Below are positions 50,035 through 60,521 of a stretch of 64,000 nt of DNA, piece by piece; the stretch's first letter is position 1, and every line of letters begins with the position of its first letter. The notes under the pieces were generated by a model that saw nothing but the letters and a program-made list of their open reading frames with translations, was not told where the DNA came from and did no database searches. Source of the DNA: Sulfolobales archaeon. Lineage in GTDB: Archaea > Thermoproteota > Thermoprotei_A > Sulfolobales > AG1. The stretch is from NCBI GenBank assembly GCA_038867615.1, contig JAWBYA010000002.1, forward strand, positions 64,001-128,000, given 5' to 3'. The translations under genes were made by a program, and so were the position numbers.

Positions 50035-51507
50035 CTATATTTTTCGACCCGGCTCAGTGGGGATCACTCTCCCTGGATTAAGGATCCATTTTGGATCGAA
50101 TGCCTTCTTTATATTGATCATAAGATCTAAAGTGTGCTCTGACCCCTTGTTCCTCAGCTCTATTAGCAATAACTCTAGCTTCATCGAGCCTATCCCGTGC
50201 TCGGAGCTAGAGGTTCCGCCGAGCTTTAACGCTTCAATCACTATCTCTTTCGCTATCTTTAATGCTAAGGATCTATCCTCAGGATCTTCTAGATCGCATT
50301 CTATATGAGGATGTAGATTACCATCCCCAAGATGTCCTCCGAGAGCGATCTCTCTCCCATATTTACCCTCTATATCTCTAACCCTTCTGACAAACTCTGG
50401 AAGCTTTGAGATAGGGACTGCTGTGTCCTCGAATATTATGTGTCTCTTGAGCTTCATCTTAACCATGCCAGCATACATTGATCTCCTGAACCTATAGATC
50501 TCTTCAAAAGATCTATCACGATCAGTTGCAGTGGCAGTATAGAAAGCTCCTGCATCCTTAGCATCCTTCTCAAGGGTTTTTAGCAGTTTCTCAGCCTCCT
50601 CATCAGACCCGGCTTCGAGATCCAGTATAAGTGTATGCCCAGCAGGGATACCTAGCCCCAAGGTCCTGATCACCTTCTCAGCCACCCTATTCTCCATATA
50701 CTCAGCTATGAGAGGAACCCTCCCCCTCCTAACGCCTAGGAAGAATCTATACAGACCAGTGAAATCGTTGAAAACAGCCATAAGCCTCGAGATAGCGGCT
50801 GGTCTTGGCCATAGCTTTAGCACCGCTTTCGTTATAACCCCAAGAGTACCTTCAGAACCTACCATGAGTCTTGTGATATCATATCCCTGTCTACACTTAA
50901 CAGTTCTACACCCAGTCCTGTGGATCCTTCCTAGACCATCTACAAACTCGAGACCGAGAACCCAGTCCCTCATAGTACCATACTTAGCGCCCCTCAAACC
51001 CCCAGCTCCTGTCGCTATAGCTCCTCCCACGCTAGCTGCTCTAGCAGATGCTGGATCTACTGGAAAGAATAGATCTGTTTCTGCTAGAGCCTCGTTAAGA
51101 CTATCAATCCTCACTCCTGGCTCTACAACCGCTACCCTATCCGTCTCCGATATCTCTTCTATACCGCTCATCATCCCAGTGTGGAGTATAATGCCTCTCT
51201 CAAGCATATAGATCTGGTTAGCTGTTGTGAGAGATATGCTCCCACTACCCATCGACAGATCTGTTGAGGATCCCTGCGGTATAACAGAAACCCCATGCTT
51301 ACCAGCGATCTTGACTATTTCGGATACCTCTTCAGCATTCTTGGGTACCGCAAGCACATACCTCTCCGAGAGATCTTTGGGAATGAAATAGTAGGACGAC
51401 GCATCAATAGCGTGGAGACCAAGATCCACAGGATCCCTCGAAACCCTTCTCCCAAGAATCGATGAGAGCTCCTCAAAAACCCTCTCGATGATCTTATCAC
51501 GCGCCAA
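50035..51507 (-). CDS. FAD-linked oxidase, GlcD/D-lactate dehydrogenase family
   Basis: FFPVDPAS, GGAIATGAGG...KYG, GSEGTLGVIT, GHLGDGNLH, EHGIG, FDP..ILNPG. Confidence 0.93.
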   Translation of the reverse strand: MARDKIIERVFEELSSILGRRVSRDPVDLGLHAIDASSYYFIPKDLSERYVLAVPKNAEEVSEIVKIAGKHGVSVIPQGSSTDLSMGSGSISLTTANQIYMLERGIILHTGMMSGIEEISETDRVAVVEPGVRIDSLNEALAETDLFFPVDPASARAASVGGAIATGAGGLRGAKYGTMRDWVLGLEFVDGLGRIHRTGCRTVKCRQGYDITRLMVGSEGTLGVITKAVLKLWPRPAAISRLMAVFNDFTGLYRFFLGVRRGRVPLIAEYMENRVAEKVIRTLGLGIPAGHTLILDLEAGSDEEAEKLLKTLEKDAKDAGAFYTATATDRDRSFEEIYRFRRSMYAGMVKMKLKRHIIFEDTAVPISKLPEFVRRVRDIEGKYGREIALGGHLGDGNLHPHIECDLEDPEDRSLALKIAKEIVIEALKLGGTSSSEHGIGSMKLELLLIELRNKGSEHTLDLMINIKKAFDPKWILNPGRVIPTEPGRKI

Positions 51508-51731
51508 GCACTATCCCACCTACTATAACCTGAAGGAAATATATTGTTGGAATAAAAATAAACCAAGCGATCGACTGTTCTCTGGGTAAAGCTTTTAGTG
51601 TTTTTCAGCTACTATATATTATCGTGATCTTACCTTAATTGGAATTAGGTTGAAGGGTATGGACAACAACATAAACGTGATCATGGGTTGCTTAATCCCT
51701 ACGTAGCGTTATATATAGCTTAGGAGCTGGT

Positions 51732-52361
51732 TTGGAGAGGGGCTTCGACGTCGGTATAAGGGTAAAGCTTGTTAATGCTGTTAAGAGGCTTTATTTGAGA
51801 GGATTCAACTCAACCTTTTCTGGTAATGTGAGTGTCAGGAGTAGTTATAAAGACCACTTCTGGATAACCCCTAGGGCTTGTGATAAGGCCTCGCTAACAA
51901 TAGAGGATCTAAGCCTAGTCAATATAATAACAGGCAATAGGATCATGGGTGCAGAGCCCTCTTCAGAGTATAGGGTTCACCTAGAGATCTATAGGGCTAG
52001 GGATGATGTTAACGCGGTGGTTCACACACACCAGGCCTACACCATGGTAGCATATAAAGCAGGGCTTCTAAAGAGAGAGCTTCTTGAAGAGAGCTATGAG
52101 GCTAAAGCATACCTAGGAGGCATATCATACGTACCAAGGTTAGAGCCGGGAAGCTGGGAGCTGGCTAAGGCTGTGTCACAACAATTAGCGGATAAGAAGA
52201 ATGTTGCTGTTATAATGGATGGGCATGGAGTGGTGCTTATAGGCGGTAGCATCGATGAGGCTCTCAATAGGGCTGAGATCCTCGAGATGGAGGCTATGAG
52301 GCTCGTTAACCTAGCCCTTCTGGGGGTTATCAGGATTGATCGTGATCAGAGCTGGGGATAA
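51732..52361 (+). CDS. Class II aldolase/adducin family (FucA/MtnB-like)
   Basis: SGNVSVR, ITP, PSSE..VH..IY, VVHTH, GHGV. Confidence 0.9.
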   Translation: MERGFDVGIRVKLVNAVKRLYLRGFNSTFSGNVSVRSSYKDHFWITPRACDKASLTIEDLSLVNIITGNRIMGAEPSSEYRVHLEIYRARDDVNAVVHTHQAYTMVAYKAGLLKRELLEESYEAKAYLGGISYVPRLEPGSWELAKAVSQQLADKKNVAVIMDGHGVVLIGGSIDEALNRAEILEMEAMRLVNLALLGVIRIDRDQSWG

Positions 52362-52803
52362 AATAACCGTGGTTAAAGGGGACGAGAGGTATAGGGAAGG
52401 GGAAGTAATAGATCTTTTCGAAGCATCCTATCTAGTCTATAGCGGGAGGGCAAAGGCTATCGATGAAAAAGGCGAAGAGCTTGGAGTAAAAGAGCTCTTT
52501 ATGAGATATGCCAGCGGCGACCTATGGTGGATATACTTCACAGTATTTACAGACCTAGCATCCAGGGGGAGGAGGATTAGGAGAGGCTATGGCGAGAGGA
52601 GCATCATAGTCGAGCATGAGGGTGAGAAATACATGGTATATGTTACAGAAGAGGGTGCTAGAGTACCTCTCATAACCCTCCTCTCATGGATCGAGAGCTC
52701 CCAGCATAAAGACCTGATCCCGGTCATAGCGGTTGTCGACATGTATGGTGATGTCACATACTACCAGGCTATGAGTGTATCCCTAAAAAGGCTACAGCTA
52801 TAG
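52336..52803 (+). CDS. tRNA-splicing endonuclease, structural (beta) subunit-like
   Basis: DLFEASYLV, F.DL..RG.....G, IAVVD..GDVTYY C-terminus; catalytic Tyr/His/Lys segments not evident. Confidence 0.75.
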   Translation: MIVIRAGDKITVVKGDERYREGEVIDLFEASYLVYSGRAKAIDEKGEELGVKELFMRYASGDLWWIYFTVFTDLASRGRRIRRGYGERSIIVEHEGEKYMVYVTEEGARVPLITLLSWIESSQHKDLIPVIAVVDMYGDVTYYQAMSVSLKRLQL

Positions 52804-52888
52804 CATCTAACGGTATCTCACCTTATAGATAGCATCGCCTTTAGAATCAGTCTGTTTAAGAACATATGCCTAGAAACCCGAACCTCGG

Positions 52889-53731
52889 CTAACCCTGTCT
52901 TTTGATATAGCTATTTATATAGCTATTCTTGATAGCCCTAACCACCAATCCGCTGAAGTGGTGGGCAAGCCATCTCAATAGCCTGTATCTAGAACCAATC
53001 ACTATATCGCCATTAAACCCAGGATCCTTTATCCTCCTAACAACCTCGTCAGCAACCTCGCTACTCCTAAGCACAGGAGCTAGGAAAGAGCCCCTAACAC
53101 TCCATCTATGTTTCATAGAGCTGCTGGTGAGAACAACGCTCTTGTGGAAATCCGTGTCAACATATCCCGGGTAGACCCCTATGACTCTTATCCCATAGGG
53201 GCTGAGCTCTATCCTGAGCGTGTCTGTGAGGGCTTTGAGAGCAGCTTTAGTGGCATTATATAGGGAGAGCCATGGTATTGGAGTGTATACAGCTAGGGTT
53301 ACTATATTCACTATACAGCCGCCCCCTGCTTTCTTCATATATCTAGACGCCTCTCTCATAAGAATCGTTGGTGAGATCACGTTGACCCAGAAGATCCTCT
53401 GGATATCCTCATCATTAACCTCATCTATAGGACCATAGACAGCGAACCCAGCATTGTTGACAAGAACATCTATCCTGCCCAGCTTCTCAATAACAGATCT
53501 AACAAGGTTCGAAGAATCACTATACATAGATAGATCTGCCTTAAAAACCTCAGCCCTACCCCCAATGCTAGCTATATCGTCCGCAACTTTCTCAAGAATC
53601 TCAACTCTTCTAGCAACTAGAGCAACACTATATCCCTCCCTAGCGAGCATCAGAGCTAGATCTCTCCCAATGCCTGATGACGCTCCGGTCACAAGCGCAA
53701 CCTTCGACATACCGAACCCCCTAAACCTCAA
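52889..53731 (-). CDS. Short-chain dehydrogenase/reductase
   Basis: TGASSGIG, NNAG, YNATK, PG.VDT; true start probably 53710. Confidence 0.95.
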   Translation of the reverse strand: MRFRGFGMSKVALVTGASSGIGRDLALMLAREGYSVALVARRVEILEKVADDIASIGGRAEVFKADLSMYSDSSNLVRSVIEKLGRIDVLVNNAGFAVYGPIDEVNDEDIQRIFWVNVISPTILMREASRYMKKAGGGCIVNIVTLAVYTPIPWLSLYNATKAALKALTDTLRIELSPYGIRVIGVYPGYVDTDFHKSVVLTSSSMKHRWSVRGSFLAPVLRSSEVADEVVRRIKDPGFNGDIVIGSRYRLLRWLAHHFSGLVVRAIKNSYINSYIKRQG

Positions 53732-53893
53732 AAGTACTGCGAGGCAGGTTAAATTAGAGGGGCTTCTTAACCTAAGAAGCGATCTAGGAACAGCACCTGA
53801 CCAGTATCGACTTGTTATTTACTAAGGATCCCTTGTAGATCTTATCTATTTAAACCTACACGTTCCGAAACTAGTGAAGAGAAATCCATCTGG

Positions 53894-54742
53894 GTGCAGG
53901 ACTTGCATAGCGAGAACCCTGGGGATCATCTGGCTAGGGGTTTAACATATAGGGATCTGCTTAGCGATATATTGCCTCGAGACGTGCTTGAGAAGCTTCC
54001 CAGGAGTTTCGATATTGTTGGAGATATAGCTATTATAAGGATCGATGAGGAGGAATTGCTGAGATATGGTGGAGAGATCTCTAACGCTATAATGAAGATC
54101 CATAAGAGGGTTAGGGCTGTATATGCTAGAGGCCCTGCCAGAGGTTCGCTGAGGATCCAGCAGCTAGAACATCTTGGGGGTGAGAAAATAACAGAGACTA
54201 TATATAAAGAGAACGGCTTGAGATTCTCTGTAGATATAGCGAAGATGTATGTAAACCCAAGGCTTGGAAGCGAGAGGCTGAGGGTAGCAGCCGAGGTGAG
54301 CGATGGAGAACTTGTTCTAGATATGTTCTCAAGCTATGGGGCTTTTGCGATAAACATAGCGAGGATCAGGAGATGCTTGGTGGTTGCAAGCGATATAAAT
54401 AGTGATGCTGTTATCCATATGAGGAGATCTATATATATGAATAAGCTTTTAGGAGAGGTCATGCCGCTCGTATCCGATGCCAATAATATACCGCTCAGAA
54501 GGGTCTTCACTACCGTTATAGCTGATAACCCCACAAATATTCTGGAAAGCGTTGAAGCTATTACAAACGCTCTGGTAAAGGGTGGCAGAGCCTATATATA
54601 CGCACTTACAGATGAGCCGGAAGCTATGGGAAGGGAGATCGAGAGATCCTCAGGCTCTAGGCTCGCGATAAAGTCGTACTATAAAGTGAAGGAATACTCA
54701 CCAAGGCTAAACATATATAGATACCTCGCTATAAGGGTATAG
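53894..54742 (+). CDS. Trm5/TYW2-family tRNA methyltransferase (short form)
   Basis: PRSFDIVGDIAI, T.YKENG..F.VD, NPRL.SER, DMF..YG.F, SDIN, EYSP. Confidence 0.85.
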   Translation: MQDLHSENPGDHLARGLTYRDLLSDILPRDVLEKLPRSFDIVGDIAIIRIDEEELLRYGGEISNAIMKIHKRVRAVYARGPARGSLRIQQLEHLGGEKITETIYKENGLRFSVDIAKMYVNPRLGSERLRVAAEVSDGELVLDMFSSYGAFAINIARIRRCLVVASDINSDAVIHMRRSIYMNKLLGEVMPLVSDANNIPLRRVFTTVIADNPTNILESVEAITNALVKGGRAYIYALTDEPEAMGREIERSSGSRLAIKSYYKVKEYSPRLNIYRYLAIRV

Positions 54743-54843
54743 ATGGTTATGATGGATCTGTAGAAAAGCCTAAAAATATGTCAGGAATATCTATGAAAAG
54801 GATTAAGGGTAAAAAGGGATATTGATCTGATAGCAAGAAAGAT

Positions 54844-56196
54844 CTATCCATACATATCTCTAATCTTCTTTATATCATCCGGCGTGAGTGGTAGTGGGAC
54901 GCTTACCTCTCCACGCCTTATCTTATCCTCAAGCTCTTTAACGCCCTCCCACACCCATGATGGTATTGAGTCCCTCATAGCCTTAACCCTAGCCTTGATC
55001 TCTTCGGGCGGGGCTGGGAGTACTTTCTTACCTGTTAGCTTTTCAGCGTTTATACCCATCTGTATAAATTCGTCTAGATCCTGTAGCGTACTTACAGAGA
55101 TCCCTTCGGCTAGCTCGCCATCGATCTTAGTACCTATGCCTAGAAGAAGCACACCATTATTCCTCTTAACCACGTCTGTGAATTTATTCTCAAGGACGAG
55201 TTTGGTGGCTATATATACACCTTTATCTACTCTCTTCATCATAGATGCTATCACGAACCCAGGGTTGATCCAGTCCTGGTTGGCGTCAACACCTACCCAG
55301 AAGGGAGGCCCTCTGGTGAGGTTCCTAGCCTTGGCTATCTCCTCCACAGCCTGGTTTATACCCAGCCCGAGTGGGCCGGCAACGTTATATACGGCTATAG
55401 CGCCTTTCTCGTACATAGGCTTCGAAGCCGTGTAGCCTTTAATAACATCGCTGAAAGTACCTGTGTATGTCCATAGAACCCTGCTCTTAACAGGTGTTGC
55501 CCCTATCCCTGGAGGATCTCTGCCAAACTTAGACTTATACCACTCCAAAGCCCAGTTACAGCCCCACTTATACCCAGCCTCGAATTTCCAGAGGACGGGT
55601 ATCTCTATACCCAGAACCATCCCGACATATGGGTAGTTATATGCAGCTGCTGCTAGACATGCTAGGGCTCCTACTAAGGCGCTCCCCTTATGCTCCTCAA
55701 ACCTTATGTCGAGGAGGTTGGGCAAGGGATACTTATCTTTATACTTCTCCTTTACAATCTCCTGGGAGCTTGTATCTATTCCTGCGAAGAACTTGTTGGG
55801 GAATTCAAGGGCTACTGTGACTAGGGCTTCTGTTAATAGGAACCCGACCCCTACTATTAGCTTTACATCGGGATCCTGGGCTGCTGTCCTTAGGTTAGGT
55901 ATATAGTCCTGCTCGGTCTTGCTAACAAGCTCGACAACACCTACGCCAAAATCTCTTTTAGCATCATCGCCTCCCTTGAATGCCATGTCGTTGAAGCTGA
56001 GATCGCCTCTGCCACCTATATCAGACACTATAGCTATCTTGAACTTCTGTGCAGGCGTGGTCGGAACAGCTGCTGGCGCTCTTTGTTGCGTTACTACTAG
56101 ATAGCCTGCCACTGCAGCTATAATTACTACGAGTATTACTACGGCTATAACTGTTCTAGAGATTCCTTTGAGATTTCTGGCATGAAAAGTCGCCAT
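54844..56196 (-). CDS. BMP family (nucleoside) ABC substrate-binding protein
   Basis: GGRGDLSFND, GVGF, F.EH.GS.L.G, GVDANQD, SMMKRVD. Confidence 0.93.
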   Translation of the reverse strand: MATFHARNLKGISRTVIAVVILVVIIAAVAGYLVVTQQRAPAAVPTTPAQKFKIAIVSDIGGRGDLSFNDMAFKGGDDAKRDFGVGVVELVSKTEQDYIPNLRTAAQDPDVKLIVGVGFLLTEALVTVALEFPNKFFAGIDTSSQEIVKEKYKDKYPLPNLLDIRFEEHKGSALVGALACLAAAAYNYPYVGMVLGIEIPVLWKFEAGYKWGCNWALEWYKSKFGRDPPGIGATPVKSRVLWTYTGTFSDVIKGYTASKPMYEKGAIAVYNVAGPLGLGINQAVEEIAKARNLTRGPPFWVGVDANQDWINPGFVIASMMKRVDKGVYIATKLVLENKFTDVVKRNNGVLLLGIGTKIDGELAEGISVSTLQDLDEFIQMGINAEKLTGKKVLPAPPEEIKARVKAMRDSIPSWVWEGVKELEDKIRRGEVSVPLPLTPDDIKKIRDMYG

Positions 56197-56543
56197 GAAA
56201 ATCTCCTCATTAAGATTAATGATTGGGAATATATAACCTTACCGATACCAATTATTAGCTTAATCTAAATTACATAAAATCCTAATAGTCATGTTAATAC
56301 CTCATATAGCTTTAACATTGCAGTAGGCTGTTTCATTTCTACAGGTTTCCTGCCTACAGCCTGTATAAACAAAGACCAAGATATGCATGATATAAAAACC
56401 AGGATATGGAGGTTTCTCTATGACATTGAGCCAGAGAGAGCTATGAAATTGAATAGGCCACATAGTATATACCAGACAATAATAAGAACCTCTAAGTTAG
56501 TAGAGCGAAAGACCGAGCATCTAGTATCAAACGATACTAGCTG

Positions 56544-58109
56544 CTATGAAGCCTGGACCCCGCCCATCATCAGGCCTATATCTACTCTTTTAGCCTCTTC
56601 CCTAGATAGGATTCCCAAGATCTTCCCATCATAGATCACGGCTATTCTATCGCTTAATTCCAGGATCTCGTCTAGATCCGATGATACGAGGAGTACGCCT
56701 GCTCCTCCATCCCTCAACTCTCTTAATATAGTTCTCACATAGCTTGTCGACGCTATATCGAGACCCCTGGTGGGGTTTGATGCTACAACTACCTTAGCTC
56801 CTTTGCTAAGCTCTCTAGCTATGACAAGCCTCTGCCTATTACCCCCACTCAATGCTCTTACCTTAGCATCCAAGGATTCAGCAGTTATTGAGAATCTTTT
56901 TATAAGTTCTTTAGCAAATTTCTTTACCGTATCCCAGTTTATGAGCCTAAGGATTATATTGTGGTGATATGCTGGGTTTCTTTGAAGACCTATAAGGACA
57001 TTCTCATAGATCTTCATATCAAGTGCTAGTGCGAGCCTATCTCTATCACTCGGTATATGGATTAGCCCTTGTTTATATATATAGCTAGGAGTTTTGTTTG
57101 TTATATCAACCCCGTCGAGGATTACAGAGCCTTTGAGAACACCCCTAAGCCCCGTAATAGCCTCTACAAGCTCCGACTGGCCGTTACCCTCAACACCGGC
57201 TATTCCTAATATCTCGCCCTGGAACAGATCCAGATCTATACCCTTAACAACAGGTCTCCCCAGATCGTCAAGCACCTCAAGACCCCTGACGCTAAGGATA
57301 GGCTTGTCAACAAATGCTTTTCTCTCACTAGCAGTGACCTCTCTCCTAACTATGGCTTCTCCCCCAACCATGAGTTCAGAGAGCTTCTCAGGCGTAGCAC
57401 TCCTAGTACTCATCTCACCAGCTACAAGGCCCCTTCTAAGAACCACCACTCTATCTGTTATATCGATAACCTCCCTTATCCTGTGGGTTATAAATATCAC
57501 TGCAGCTCCCTTTTGCGCCAACTCCTTGATAAATCTAAACAGCTCTCTAGCCTCGTAAGGTGTTAAGAGGCTTGTAGGTTCGTCTAGGATCAGGACATCG
57601 GCTCCTATGAAGATCGCTTTAAGGATCTCCGCCCTCTGCCTAACCCCTACCGGGAGGTTCTCAACAGGGATATCTAGAGGTACATCGAGACCGAGCACGC
57701 TCAATAGCTTCTTAGCCTTCTCTCTAACAATATCGAGGTCTAAGCCCTTGAGCGTCGTCAGAAAGCCCTTTCCATGGACAAGGCATAGGTTCTCAAGCAC
57801 TGTGAATGAGGGTACTAAGGAGAAGTGCTGGTGAACCATATATATACCCCTATTAATGGCATCCGAGGGGTCTCGGAACCTGACCTCTTTCCCATCAATA
57901 TATATCAAACCCTTGGTCGGTCTCAAAAACCCGGATAGGATCTTCATGAGGGTTGTCTTCCCAGCACCGTTCTCACCCAATAAGCCCAAGACCTCCCCTC
58001 TATAAATATCTAGATCAACTCCTCTGAGCGCTAAAGTGCCATCTTGGTATATCTTGACTATACCACGCATAGAGATATGCGGTCTATCGCGACTCCCAGA
58101 ATCGCCCAT
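56544..58109 (-). CDS. Nucleoside/sugar ABC ATPase (two NBDs)
   Basis: GENGAGKTT, MVHQHF, LDEPT, GVEGNGQSE, LSGGNRQR, PTRGLD; start set at ATG 58109. Confidence 0.95.
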   Translation of the reverse strand: MGDSGSRDRPHISMRGIVKIYQDGTLALRGVDLDIYRGEVLGLLGENGAGKTTLMKILSGFLRPTKGLIYIDGKEVRFRDPSDAINRGIYMVHQHFSLVPSFTVLENLCLVHGKGFLTTLKGLDLDIVREKAKKLLSVLGLDVPLDIPVENLPVGVRQRAEILKAIFIGADVLILDEPTSLLTPYEARELFRFIKELAQKGAAVIFITHRIREVIDITDRVVVLRRGLVAGEMSTRSATPEKLSELMVGGEAIVRREVTASERKAFVDKPILSVRGLEVLDDLGRPVVKGIDLDLFQGEILGIAGVEGNGQSELVEAITGLRGVLKGSVILDGVDITNKTPSYIYKQGLIHIPSDRDRLALALDMKIYENVLIGLQRNPAYHHNIILRLINWDTVKKFAKELIKRFSITAESLDAKVRALSGGNRQRLVIARELSKGAKVVVASNPTRGLDIASTSYVRTILRELRDGGAGVLLVSSDLDEILELSDRIAVIYDGKILGILSREEAKRVDIGLMMGGVQAS

Positions 58110-58307
58110 TACCGGTACACCGATACCATGATTATTATACAATAGCTCGTTATAATAATAACAAAATATAACTAACAATATAGCGATAGAGCCGTGAGAC
58201 AGGCTGGAAACCGAGATCGTAAGCCCTGCACACTAGAAGGCGAAACCGTTCCAAAGACTTCGCGAAATTATAACCCCATGGTACCCCGGATTAAACAGTA
58301 GTGTAAT

Positions 58308-59288
58308 TTATTCTCTAGAATAGGGGATCCCAAGAGCCCTGGGAAGTTTTCTTCCCTTAACAGCTATCGCCACTACCGCTAGTGTCACTATGTATGGTAG
58401 TGCTAGTATAAATTGATAGGGAACACTCTCCTTAACACCCGGGGTAATAGCTATTACAGGGGCAAGGGCGTCTGCTAGGCCGAATATCAAGGCGAACCCC
58501 AGGGATCCCATTGGCTCTAGGTTTGAAGATATCACGCAGGCAAGGGCTATGAAACCCCTTCCAGCTGTGAACTCCTTAGTTATGCTTCCAAAGAAGTCCA
58601 GCGGCATGAAGGCGCCTCCAAGACCTGCTAGGAATCCTCCTATAGTTGGTGTGATCATCCTTATCATATTAACGTTGTGGCCAGCGGCGTCGAGAGCCTC
58701 TGGTGCTTCACCTGCAGCCTTTATCCAGAGGCCTAGGTATGTTTTGTGGAGAATTATGTGGAGGGCTATAGCGATCACTATGGCTGCTATGGTGACTATT
58801 GATATCTGGAAGCCATATATATCTAGCCTCTCTATGAGTACCTCTTTTGGCGGTAGATGGAGTCCTGGGAAGCCCCATATAGCTCTTAGGAGAAACGGTG
58901 TTATGCCCATCGCTGCTATATTTAGCCCCATACCCATTATTATCTGATCAGCCTTGCCGTATATACTCACCACAGCCATGATAAACCCTATGAGGGCTCC
59001 TACAAGCCCCCCGAATAATAGCCCTAAGTAGCCGTTGCCTAGAGCCTCAGCCATATATACGCCTGCTATTGCAGATATGGCAAATATACCTTCAATCCCT
59101 ATGTTCACCATACCAGCCCTCTGATTTAGTGCCTCTCCAGCTGCTGCCAGCGCTAGTGGTGTCATAGCTAGAAGTGTTGTTTGTATAAGGGCCTTTGGAT
59201 CTGTTCCCAGCGATTGCTGTAGGAGTATAAGGATCGCTGATAGGATCGCGACGTAGATTGACAGCCTAACAATACCTCTTATCATCAT
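58308..59288 (-). CDS. Nucleoside/sugar ABC permease
   Basis: RAGMVNIGIEG, A.GE.P.A....G, AGRGFIALA, LPYIVT, P.ALG.PY. Confidence 0.93.
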   Translation of the reverse strand: MMIRGIVRLSIYVAILSAILILLQQSLGTDPKALIQTTLLAMTPLALAAAGEALNQRAGMVNIGIEGIFAISAIAGVYMAEALGNGYLGLLFGGLVGALIGFIMAVVSIYGKADQIIMGMGLNIAAMGITPFLLRAIWGFPGLHLPPKEVLIERLDIYGFQISIVTIAAIVIAIALHIILHKTYLGLWIKAAGEAPEALDAAGHNVNMIRMITPTIGGFLAGLGGAFMPLDFFGSITKEFTAGRGFIALACVISSNLEPMGSLGFALIFGLADALAPVIAITPGVKESVPYQFILALPYIVTLAVVAIAVKGRKLPRALGIPYSRE

Positions 59289-60337
59289 CTCCTCACCAGC
59301 CTCCCAAAGATTCTGAATAGCTCTGGCATTGAGAGCGATATAACGATCAAACCGTTTATTGCTTTGACAAGATCCGAATCGATCCCGGCGTAGTACTCCA
59401 TGAAGCGCCCACCATTCTTTATACCCCCGTATAGTATCGATGCAAGGATAATCCCTATAGGATTATTGCGCCCTATAAGTGCAACACCTATTCCCTCAAA
59501 GCCGTATCCCCATATGTTGCCCAGAGTACCGTAGATAGCATATGTGGGTGGTCTAGCAATCACCAGTAAACTCCCAGCTATCCCGGAAGCTATTCCTCCT
59601 AGTAGAAAGCTATAGATCATTATTTTTCTAACATTAACCCCCGCGTATCTCGCAACATCTGTCCCAGATCCTAGTAGGGAGATCTCGTAACCAAGAACAG
59701 ATCTAGATATTAGGAAGTAATATGCAAGAGCAGTTGCTATTGATATAAAGATCCCGCCTGTAAGCGTTGTCCCAGAAACTATTATCGAGAATCTAGAGCT
59801 CTCAAGAACAGAGAGAGTTTTCTCAGGTCTCGCGGGGTCGACGAGAATCTGGGATGATACATACATAGTTATATAATATGCTGTCCAGTTAAGCATAATA
59901 GTACTGAGCACCTCATGAACCCCTCTATAGACCTTAAGCAGTGCCGGAATCGATGCCCACAACATGCCAAATAGAGCCGAACCTATGAGGGTCAGAGCTA
60001 CATGGGCATGGCCAGCATAGCTCAGAGAAGCCGAACCTATGGCTACTGCTGCCAAGGCTCCCATATAAACCTGACCCTCGGATCCTATGTTAAAGAGCCC
60101 CGTTCTAATACCAATGGCGAAAGTAAGCCCTGTTAGTGCTAGAGGCATTGAATATGAAAGAGTCTCTGCCAATGCTACAGTGTTCCCAAAAGCCCCGATG
60201 AATAGGCCTAGATACCCAGCTACAGGATCATATCTATATATATAGATCAATAACGCCCCTACTCCAAGCCCTATGAGAAGGGCTAACAAGCTCTCTAGAA
60301 ATGGCTGAACCTTGTGAAGAAAACCCCCCGCCCCCAA
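59285..60337 (-). CDS. Nucleoside/sugar ABC permease
   Basis: GLFNIGSEGQ, EVLSTIMLN, GYGFEGI.VAL.G.NNP.G. Confidence 0.93.
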   Translation of the reverse strand: MGAGGFLHKVQPFLESLLALLIGLGVGALLIYIYRYDPVAGYLGLFIGAFGNTVALAETLSYSMPLALTGLTFAIGIRTGLFNIGSEGQVYMGALAAVAIGSASLSYAGHAHVALTLIGSALFGMLWASIPALLKVYRGVHEVLSTIMLNWTAYYITMYVSSQILVDPARPEKTLSVLESSRFSIIVSGTTLTGGIFISIATALAYYFLISRSVLGYEISLLGSGTDVARYAGVNVRKIMIYSFLLGGIASGIAGSLLVIARPPTYAIYGTLGNIWGYGFEGIGVALIGRNNPIGIILASILYGGIKNGGRFMEYYAGIDSDLVKAINGLIVISLSMPELFRIFGRLVRR

Positions 60338-60521
60338 CTAAATCCCGGTAATGGTTATGTAACAGCTTTAAATAAGCCGAAGAAGCTAATAGATCGCTGG
60401 GTTTAAAATATCCTATGGTCATGTGGAAATGAGGGTGCTTTATGATAGTCAGTATTTTTGTTCTAATGCTATGAGACCTGAACCCATAACCCCTATAATA
60501 TTCCATCCATAATTTTTTTAT

